Origin: Planctomycetota bacterium
Lineage (GTDB): Bacteria > Planctomycetota > UBA1135 > GCA-002686595
DNA length: 25,465 bases
Direction of reading: 5' to 3'
Assembly: GCA_040754415.1 (NCBI GenBank)
Contig: JBFMCU010000062.1
Location: 1 to 25,465, forward strand
Of the stretch, positions 8,613 through 15,169 are shown in pieces. Numbering within the stretch: position 1 is the stretch's first letter; the number at the start of each line of letters is the position of its first letter. The position numbers were made by a program, and so were the translations under genes. The notes below the pieces were generated by a model, which saw nothing but the letters and a program-made list of their open reading frames with translations, did not search any database and was not told the origin of the DNA.

Positions 8613-10808
8613 TCAGATCCGCGCCGGAGCCGGCCGCATCCGCCGCGCCCGCCCCGCGAGGAGGACGAGGAGGAGCGCGATCCACCATGAGCCGCCGAGG
8701 ACGTCGCGCCCGCGCGGCGGTCCAGCCGCCGGAACGGTGCGGCACCCGCCGCCGCCGCTGGAGCCCTCGAAGGCGAAGCCCCCCTCGAGGAGGCCCGCCT
8801 GGCCGGTCGAGGGATCGGTGACGAGCACGCTCACCGTGCCGGCCGTGTGGGCCGGCGTCACGACCTCCAGGGTGGAGGAGTCGAGGACGGTCACGAGCGC
8901 CGCGGGAGTGCCGCCCAGCCCGGTGTCCGGGTCGGCGCCGAAGAGGACGTCGGGGCTGGACGAGAAGTTCGCGCCGGAGACGAGGATCGTTTCGCCGCCG
9001 CCGCTGGAGCCGCTCGCCGGGTCGACGGCGGTCACCGCCGGGTCGGGTTGGTCCTCGTAGGCGAAGGCGGAGGTGGCGAGGCCGCCGTCGGGGTTCTCCA
9101 CCTCGAGGAGGTAGGGGCCGCCGGCCGTTCCCCCCACCGCGGCGAAGGTCAGCTTGACGGCGCTCACCCACTCGATCTGCGCCTGGGTGACGCCGTCGAT
9201 GCGGACGGTGACGCCGGGCTGGAAATCCTGCCCGGTCACGGTGACCGCCGTGCCGCCCGCCGCGGCGCCCGCGATCGGGAACACGGTTCCGACGACCGGG
9301 ATGTCCGCGGCCTGGAAGCCGTCCTCCAGCCGCCCCTCCTCGCCGCTCGGATCGATCACCACCACGTCGTGCAGTCCGGCCACCATCTCGGCCGTGACGA
9401 GCGTGATCGTGCCCTCGTCCACCACCGTCGCGCCGCCGGGGGCGCCGTCCGTGTAGATCCGATCGCCGATCACCACGCGGGCGCCGGCATGGAAGTCGGC
9501 GCCGGCGATCGTGAGCGTCTGCCCGCCGTGGGAGCTGCCGGCGGCCGGATCGACGTCGGTCACCTGCGGCGAGGCCGGAGTGACCTCGAGCGCCGCGGGC
9601 AGGATGCTCACGTCGCCCCCGGCGTTCGTCACCGTGAGGTCGACGTGCCCCCGCGGCTCGCCGGCCGGCACGGTGGCCGAGAAGACGACCTGGGCCCCGA
9701 ACCATGTCGGCTCGCCGAGGGCGATGTCGGGGTCGCTCGCCTCGATCGTGGAGCCGGTGAAGAGGCCGGTGCCGCGGATGGTGACGGTGGTCGTGGCGCC
9801 CGCGACGACGCGCACCGGGAAGCGGTCGGAGTTCCGGCCGAGGTTCAGGAGCACGTCGGCGTCCACGTACAGCGTGCCCAGGGCGGCGGAATCGCCGCCG
9901 GAGAGGACCGCCGGCGCAGCGTAGAGCGCCGGCTCGAAGTCCACCTCGATCGTGAACCCTCCGCCCAGGTTGTAGGAGGACACCGGCTCGTCGAGGGGCT
10001 CGGCGTAGACCGTGTACGTGCCCGGATCGAGCTCCACGATCGCGAACCGGCCGTCGTCGCCGCTCAGGATGGAGCCCTGCGTGCGTCCGAACTCGTCGCG
10101 GGCGACGACGTGCGCGCCGCGCACGACGGAATCGTCGGCCGCCCGCCGGATGCGCCCGGTGATCGTCGCGAACGAGGCGCTCGCCGAGATGTCGCGCAGG
10201 CCCGCCACCTCGTCCTGGGACAGGCTGCGGTGCTCGATGACCAGGGTGTCGACGTAGGGGTACATCGTCGCCCCCGCCCAGCCGGAGTGGTCGAGCCCGA
10301 GGAGGTGCCCGAGCTCGTGCGCCGCGACGTCCTGGATGTCGAAGCGGCCCGGGACGCCGGAGGTCGTGAACTGGAAGCCGCTCCCGTTGAAGAGGATGTC
10401 CGCGTCGACGATCTGACCGCTCGAGTAGAACCACACCGGCGTGAGGGCCACCGTGCCCCCGCCGGAGAAGTAGCCCGAGTCGTTCTCCTCGTCGAAGAAG
10501 ACGAGGTGGACGCCGCTCGAGCTCCAGTCGGTGCGGGCCATGGCGGCTTCCGAGTCGTCCTCGACGAGCTGCACGTCGGAGCCGGCGACCTCGTTCCAGT
10601 CCTGGATGGCGAGCCGCACCGCGGTCACGTCGCTCCCGTCGGTCACGTCGGCGGAACCGGTCGAGTTCACGACGATGCCGATCGCCTGCGGATCGCTCCA
10701 GACGAGCGGGTTCTCGTTCGAGGGGTTGCGCAGCCGCACGTGGGCCGTCACGGCGGCGGCGACGAGCGCGACGGCCGCTCCCCACACGAGCGCATGGAGG
10801 ATCTTCAT
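8613..10808 (-). CDS. Secreted matrixin/metzincin-like zinc metalloprotease. It has a signal peptide, a catalytic domain (HELGHLLGLDH with a MYP Met-turn), a beta-rich middle region, three IPT/TIG repeats, and a C-terminal Gly-rich-Cys / transmembrane / Arg-rich sorting-signal-like tail.
   Basis: N-terminal MKILHALVWGAAVALVAAAVTA. The HExxHxxGxxH motif is followed by a Met-turn (ATMYPY). The three repeats share the VT.VDPA.GSS.GG.T pattern. The protein ends ...GSSGGGGC-(18 aa)-WWIALLLVLLAG-RARRMR. Confidence 0.85.
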   Translation of the reverse strand: MKILHALVWGAAVALVAAAVTAHVRLRNPSNENPLVWSDPQAIGIVVNSTGSADVTDGSDVTAVRLAIQDWNEVAGSDVQLVEDDSEAAMARTDWSSSGVHLVFFDEENDSGYFSGGGTVALTPVWFYSSGQIVDADILFNGSGFQFTTSGVPGRFDIQDVAAHELGHLLGLDHSGWAGATMYPYVDTLVIEHRSLSQDEVAGLRDISASASFATITGRIRRAADDSVVRGAHVVARDEFGRTQGSILSGDDGRFAIVELDPGTYTVYAEPLDEPVSSYNLGGGFTIEVDFEPALYAAPAVLSGGDSAALGTLYVDADVLLNLGRNSDRFPVRVVAGATTTVTIRGTGLFTGSTIEASDPDIALGEPTWFGAQVVFSATVPAGEPRGHVDLTVTNAGGDVSILPAALEVTPASPQVTDVDPAAGSSHGGQTLTIAGADFHAGARVVIGDRIYTDGAPGGATVVDEGTITLVTAEMVAGLHDVVVIDPSGEEGRLEDGFQAADIPVVGTVFPIAGAAAGGTAVTVTGQDFQPGVTVRIDGVTQAQIEWVSAVKLTFAAVGGTAGGPYLLEVENPDGGLATSAFAYEDQPDPAVTAVDPASGSSGGGETILVSGANFSSSPDVLFGADPDTGLGGTPAALVTVLDSSTLEVVTPAHTAGTVSVLVTDPSTGQAGLLEGGFAFEGSSGGGGCRTVPAAGPPRGRDVLGGSWWIALLLVLLAGRARRMRPAPARI

Positions 10809-11389
10809 CGCGCCTGCCTCCCGGCCCGGGCGGCCTCGATCTCCGCCACGACGGTCGCGTAGTCGAGGACCGCGACCCCCCTCCCGTGCCGGATCCTCCC
10901 GCTCGCCGGGTCGAGGAGCCCCACCCCGCCGTCGTCGCGCACGAGGGCCTTCGCTCCGCCCTCCTGCCGCACGACGCCGAGCTTGCCCTGGGCGAGCCCC
11001 ACCGGCATCCGGACGCCGGACCGGGCCGCCGCGGTGAGGAAGAGGAGCACGTCCTCTCCCGCCCGCAGGCCCGGCACCCCGGGCAGGATCAAGCCGCGGC
11101 CGTCGGGGAGCACCCCGCCCGGTAGGAAGAGCGTGCGGTAGACCTCGTCCGCGCCGGCGAAGGTACGTTCCACCTGCAGGAGGACCTCGGTCTCGATGCG
11201 CCCGTCCTCCCGCTCCCGGGGATGGGTGGCGAGCACGTGGCCCTCGAGGATCAGCTCCGCGGTGCGGGCGAGCGCCGGGATGTCCATCCGGAGGGCGGTG
11301 CCGGCCTCGACGCGGGGCGTGGCGGGCGGCCGGCCGAGAAACACGAGCACGGCCCCGAGGAGGGCCGCGAGGGCGATCAGGGTGCGCAT
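10805..11389 (-). CDS. Small secreted protein (194 aa from the internal Met MRTLIALAALLGAVLVFLG), translationally coupled to the metalloprotease through an ATGA overlap. Candidate protease partner: an inhibitor or chaperone.
   Basis: Signal-peptide-like N-terminus. The stop codon overlaps the protease start codon. The 169 codons upstream of MRTL in the ORF table are Pro/Gly/Arg low-complexity and are antisense to a plausible + strand ORF. Confidence 0.6.
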   Translation of the reverse strand: MRTLIALAALLGAVLVFLGRPPATPRVEAGTALRMDIPALARTAELILEGHVLATHPREREDGRIETEVLLQVERTFAGADEVYRTLFLPGGVLPDGRGLILPGVPGLRAGEDVLLFLTAAARSGVRMPVGLAQGKLGVVRQEGGAKALVRDDGGVGLLDPASGRIRHGRGVAVLDYATVVAEIEAARAGRQAR

Positions 11390-11623
11390 GGGGATCGGGG
11401 GCGGAGGGGAAGCCGCGGGGCCGGGGCGCCGCGCGCGGGGAGGGAGCGCGGCGGGGCGAATGCGTCTTCCCCCATCGACCCCCGCGCCGGCCCGTCTTGA
11501 GGCATCGCCGCGGCCCGGCGCCGGCGGCCGGCCGCCGCGGCGCGGCCCGGAAAGCCGTTCCCGGGCGCCGCCGAGGGCCGGCCCAGCGGCCGGTGGCGGG
11601 GTAGGGTTCAGCGGAGGCCCCCC

Positions 11624-11944
11624 ATGGATCCCCGCCGGACGATCGAGGAGCTCTGCCGCCAGTACGGAGTCCCGGCCGCCTTCGGGCAGCGCCTCCTGCC
11701 CCTCGTGGAGCGCGCCGCCCAGTCCCCCCCCGAGAAACGCGACCGGCTCCTCCAGATGGTGATCCGGAGCTTCGCCGAGGAGGCCCGCCGCCGCACGGAG
11801 GATCGCGAGACGCGCGTGCGGCGGGCCCGGTTCCTGCGCGGGCTCTCCCCGGGCGAGCGCCGGATGCTCAAGACGGTGGCCGCCGTCCTGCACCACTGGA
11901 GCCCGCCCCCCTGGCTCGAGGGCTGGGGGGAGCGGCAGTCCTGA
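11624..11944 (+). CDS. Hypothetical 106-aa protein (MDPRRTIEELCRQYGVPAAFGQRLLPLVERAAQ...).
   Basis: A GGAGG ribosome-binding site lies 6-8 nt upstream of the ATG. Third codon positions are strongly G/C-biased. The ORF fills an otherwise 580-bp gap between two minus-strand genes. No recognisable family. Confidence 0.45.
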   Translation: MDPRRTIEELCRQYGVPAAFGQRLLPLVERAAQSPPEKRDRLLQMVIRSFAEEARRRTEDRETRVRRARFLRGLSPGERRMLKTVAAVLHHWSPPPWLEGWGERQS

Positions 11945-11971
11945 TCGCCGCGCGGGGCGGCGAGGCGGGGA

Positions 11972-13426
11972 TCAGTCCTCCTCCCGCCCCTCCTTCCGCT
12001 CGGCGAGGGCGCGCCGCAGCGTCTCGAGCTCGCCCCGCAGGGCCTCCATCTCGCCCCGCAGGGAGCCCAGGGCGGCCCGGACCTCCTCCAGGGCGGCACG
12101 CCCCGCCGGGGCGGCCTCCTCGCGGAGGAGCTCGCCGAATCCTTCTTGGACCTGGCGGAGGCGGTTGCGGGCGCCGTGGAGGCGGCTCTCGGCCGCCGGC
12201 CCCCGCCGCTCGCGCACCTCGTCCAGGAACCGGCCCAGCCGTTCCAGGCGCGAGGCCTCGAGCTCGCGCACCGCTCGGGCGTTCCCCTCGAGGAGCTGGG
12301 CCCGCTCGCGCGCCCAATCCTCGAGCTCGGCGCGGATCCGCGCGTGCGCCGGCTCGTCGAGGATCTCTCCGCCGGCCTTTTCGCGCAGCTCCGCGAGGGT
12401 CCGCTCGAAGCCCTGCACCTGCTCGCGCAGGCCGCGGGTGAGCTCCCGGATGCGCTCGTCGTTCGCCCCGGCCCAGCGGCGCGATTGCTGCGCGCTCTTC
12501 TCCCGGAGCTCGCGGAAGACCTCCTCGATCTGGGCCCGGCGGTCCGCGTCGGGGAGGGGCCGGGCCTCCCCGGCACCCGCCTCTCCCTCCTCCTCCGGCT
12601 GGAGGAAGATCGTCCCGCCGCCCGGGCCCACGAGGACCATGGATCCGGCTCCGGGGGGTTGGGCCTCGCTCCGGGCCCCCAGCGCGACCTCGACCGTCAC
12701 CTGGTCGCCGTTCCGCTCGTAGGCGAGCGCCACGCGGGTGCCCGCCGGCCGGGCGGCGACGAGCTCCCGCAGGGTGTCTTCGGTCTTCACCTCGAGGCCA
12801 TCGAGGGAGAGGATCCGGTCGCCCTCCTGGAGGCCGGCCTTCTCGGCCGCGCTCCCGGGAACGACCCCCTGGATCACGACTCCCTCGCCCTCCCCGCCGA
12901 GGAGGACGCCGAGAAAACCTCCCCCGGGGGCGACCGCCTGGCCGGGAATCCCCCGGACGGCAGCCCGGAGGGCGTCCTCGATCTCCAGGCGGTCGATCCC
13001 CTGGACGGCCGGGGGCGCGTCCTCGGGGACCCGCTCCAGGCGGGGCGCGGTGCGCGAGCCGAGGGTGACCTTGCACTTATGGGCCTCCTCCCCGCGGAGG
13101 TAGACGAGGCCGATCTTGCTCCCGGGGGGATGCTCGGCGAGGACCGCGACGAGCTCTTCGAAGGTCTTCACCTCGCGGTCGGCGATCCAGGCGATCCGGT
13201 CGCCGGGCAGGAGCCCGGCGGCGGCGGCGGCCGTCCCGGGGGCGACGCTCTCGACCGCGAGGCCGTCCCCCAGGGTCACTCCGAGGTACCCGGGCTCGTC
13301 GGCGGCGAGGAGCGGGGGGGCGGGGAAGAGGGTTTCCGGCCCGCCGGAGGCGGCGAGGCCGAGGAAGGAGAAAGCCGCCAGGGAGAGCCCGACGGCGGCG
13401 ACGCGGGTGGCGGGGGCGAGGAACAT
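11972..13426 (-). CDS. Periplasmic tandem-PDZ protein with a C-terminal coiled-coil (signal peptide from the internal Met MFLAPATRVAAVGLSLAAF).
   Basis: Two PDZ cores: GYLGVTLGD...GLLPGDRIAWIADREV and GFLGVLLGG...GLQEGDRILSLDGLEV. No protease catalytic triad is visible. The C-terminal ~200 aa are heptad-rich in Glu, Arg and Leu. Confidence 0.8.
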   Translation of the reverse strand: MFLAPATRVAAVGLSLAAFSFLGLAASGGPETLFPAPPLLAADEPGYLGVTLGDGLAVESVAPGTAAAAAGLLPGDRIAWIADREVKTFEELVAVLAEHPPGSKIGLVYLRGEEAHKCKVTLGSRTAPRLERVPEDAPPAVQGIDRLEIEDALRAAVRGIPGQAVAPGGGFLGVLLGGEGEGVVIQGVVPGSAAEKAGLQEGDRILSLDGLEVKTEDTLRELVAARPAGTRVALAYERNGDQVTVEVALGARSEAQPPGAGSMVLVGPGGGTIFLQPEEEGEAGAGEARPLPDADRRAQIEEVFRELREKSAQQSRRWAGANDERIRELTRGLREQVQGFERTLAELREKAGGEILDEPAHARIRAELEDWARERAQLLEGNARAVRELEASRLERLGRFLDEVRERRGPAAESRLHGARNRLRQVQEGFGELLREEAAPAGRAALEEVRAALGSLRGEMEALRGELETLRRALAERKEGREED

Positions 13427-13535
13427 GGTTCGACTCCGGGTGGAAGAGGGGCGGGAGGGCATACGCAGGGACGCCCGGCCCGTTTGCGGGTCCGGGGCGG
13501 GGCGGAGGGGCGCCCGGCGGCGTCCTCCCCCCGAA

Positions 13536-14741
13536 TCAGCGCCCCACCGGGAAGTCGGAAAGCCGCCCGAGGACCGGGGGCTCGCCGACGAGGGGGCGCG
13601 CGTAGTCGAAGAAGGCCGGGGAGACGTCGTTCCGCCCCTGGAGATAGCGCTCCTCCAGGCTCCGCGTGTCGCGGGCGACGTTCTTGAGCGCGGTCACCTC
13701 GTAGGTAACCGAGTACTCGCGGCCAGTCCCCTGGCGCACGATCACGACCGAGCCGTGGGGAGCGCCCCCGGCCGTGGCGACCCGGACGGCGGTGCGGCCG
13801 ACCTCGCGGGCCTCCGCCGCGTCCACCTCCGACCACACGCCGGCGAAGGAGCGCTGGAGGTAGCCGAAGGTGTCCGCTCGCACCCGGAGCTTCTTGCCGA
13901 GCCGCTCCTTCACCTCGGCGGCGAGGAGATCCCCGAGGGCGCCGGAGCCGGAGAGCTGGACGTTGCCGTGGGAGTCGCGCTCCTTCGCCTGCAGGAGGGC
14001 CTCGCCGCCCGGGCCGTGGACGCCCTCCGAGACGGCCACGAGGCAGCGGCCGTGCTTCGAGTAGACGCGATCCACGTCGCCGGCGAACTCCTCCAGCGAG
14101 AAGTCGCGCTCGGGGACGTAGACGAGGTGCGGCCCGTCGCCGGCGTGCCGGCGCGCGAGCACGCTCGCGGCCGTCAGCCAGCCGGCGTGGCGCCCCATCA
14201 CGACGTCGATCTTGACGCCGGGGAGGCTCCGGTTGTCCTCGTTGTCGCCCATGAAGGCCTGGGACACGAACTTCGCCGCGGAGCCGTAGCCGGGGCAGTG
14301 ATCGGTGACGCGGAGGTCGTTGTCGATCGTCTTCGGGACGTGGAAGAGGCGGACGTCGTAGTTCTCGGCGACGGCGATCTCGTTCAGGAGGTGGGCGGTC
14401 TCCGCGGAGTCGTTGCCGCCGATGTAGAAGAAGTAGCGGATCTCGTGCTTGCGCAGGACCCGGAACACGGCCTCGCAATCGGCGCGGGTGGGCTTCATCC
14501 GCACCGAGCGCAGGGCCGCGCAGGGCGTGGCGGCCACCGCCTCGAGCGTCTGCTTGCTCTCGCGGCCGAGGTCGATCAGCTTCTCCGCGAGCACGCCCTG
14601 GATCCCGTGCACGGCGCCGTAGACGCCGTCGATCAGCGGGGAGGCCACGGCGGTCTCGATCAATCCCACGAGGCTCTGGTTGATGACGCAGGTGGGACCG
14701 CCGGACTGGCCGATCAGGGCGTTGCCGTGGGGGCTGGACAT
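13536..14741 (-). CDS. pfp: Pyrophosphate-dependent 6-phosphofructokinase (PPi-PFK).
   Basis: Carries the PFK motifs GGPTCVINQ, IGGNDS, PKTIDNDL and MGRHAGWL. Relative to ATP-PFK, the GGDGS motif is GGNDS (Asp at the fourth position) and PGTIDND is PKTIDND (Lys). Both substitutions are diagnostic for PPi dependence. Confidence 0.9.
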   Translation of the reverse strand: MSSPHGNALIGQSGGPTCVINQSLVGLIETAVASPLIDGVYGAVHGIQGVLAEKLIDLGRESKQTLEAVAATPCAALRSVRMKPTRADCEAVFRVLRKHEIRYFFYIGGNDSAETAHLLNEIAVAENYDVRLFHVPKTIDNDLRVTDHCPGYGSAAKFVSQAFMGDNEDNRSLPGVKIDVVMGRHAGWLTAASVLARRHAGDGPHLVYVPERDFSLEEFAGDVDRVYSKHGRCLVAVSEGVHGPGGEALLQAKERDSHGNVQLSGSGALGDLLAAEVKERLGKKLRVRADTFGYLQRSFAGVWSEVDAAEAREVGRTAVRVATAGGAPHGSVVIVRQGTGREYSVTYEVTALKNVARDTRSLEERYLQGRNDVSPAFFDYARPLVGEPPVLGRLSDFPVGR

Positions 14742-14863
14742 GGGATCTCCGGGCGAGGAGAGGAGGGACGGGGGGGATCGCCGGGCGGGGCCCCGGCGAA
14801 GGTCCAGAACGTAGCGCCACGCCCCCCCCTGTCAACCCGGCGCGGCGGCCCCGGCGCGGCCCC

Positions 14864-14891
14864 TTGCCCCGGCGCGCTCCGCTGCTAGACT
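14864..14891 (+). promoter_or_regulatory. Candidate sigma70-type promoter for tRNA-Leu: TTGCCC, a 16-nt spacer, then TAGACT.
   Basis: The -35-like and -10-like hexamers sit at the correct spacing ~15 nt upstream of the mature tRNA 5' end. Confidence 0.35.
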
Positions 14892-14906
14892 CCCCGCCTC
14901 GCCGGT

Positions 14907-14991
14907 GCCCGGGTGGCGGAAATGGCAGACGCGCAAGACTAAGGATCTTGTAGGGCAACCTGTGCTGGTTCGAGTCCAGTCCCGGGCACCA
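14907..14991 (+). tRNA. tRNA-Leu (class II, long variable arm). The anticodon reads AAG as written, and the CCA end is encoded.
   Basis: Manual fold: a 7-bp acceptor stem (GCCCGGG/CCCGGGC), a 3-bp D stem, the anticodon stem CAAGA/TCTTG with loop CTAAGGA, a 13-nt variable arm, the T arm GCTGG-TTCGAGT-CCAGT, discriminator A, and CCA. Total 85 nt. Coordinates are good to ±1. Confidence 0.85.
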
Positions 14992-14992
14992 C

Positions 14993-15113
14993 CTCCCCGC
15001 ACCGCAGGTGCGGGAAGGTGAGGCTTGGATTCTCTTCCTCCCCGCACCGCAGGTGCGGGAAGGTGAGGCTTGGTGTCTTCTCTTCCCCGCACCGCAGGCG
15101 CGGGAAGGTGATT
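14993..15113 (+). repeat. Three tandem copies (45, 47 and ~29 bp) of a hairpin-containing unit, CTCCCCGCACCGCAGGTGCGGGAAGGTGAGGCTTGG..., starting 2 nt after the tRNA CCA end.
   Basis: The copies start at 14993, 15038 and 15085. Each has a CCCGCAC...GTGCGGG 7-bp stem, reduced to 5 bp in copy 3. The intervening segments are near-identical, so this is not a CRISPR array. Confidence 0.75.
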
Positions 15114-15122
15114 CTGCCCCGG

Positions 15123-15162
15123 AATCGACCGAAGGAGGGCGGCGAGGATTCCATCCTCGCCG
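15123..15162. terminator. 15-bp perfect stem (GAGGGCGGCGAGGAT / ATCCTCGCCGCCCTC) followed by TTTC. Likely a bidirectional terminator between the tRNA/repeat unit and the convergent membrane-protein gene.
   Basis: Read directly from the sequence. Positioned 8-10 nt beyond the stop codon of the minus-strand gene that ends at 15170. Confidence 0.5.
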
Positions 15163-15169
15163 CCCTCTT

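Noticed and set aside
14801-14836. Perfect TTGACA on the minus strand as a pfp promoter.
   Set aside because: The best -10 candidate at the correct spacing (CTACGT or TACGTT) is poor, and the hexamer lies ~95 nt from the start codon. It is not convincing without transcription-start data.
14993-15113. Possible CRISPR array next to the tRNA (repeated ~27-bp hairpin units separated by ~18-bp segments).
   Set aside because: The spacer segments are near-identical to each other, and there are only three copies. It is a tandem duplication of one ~45-bp unit, not a repeat-spacer array. No cas genes are nearby.
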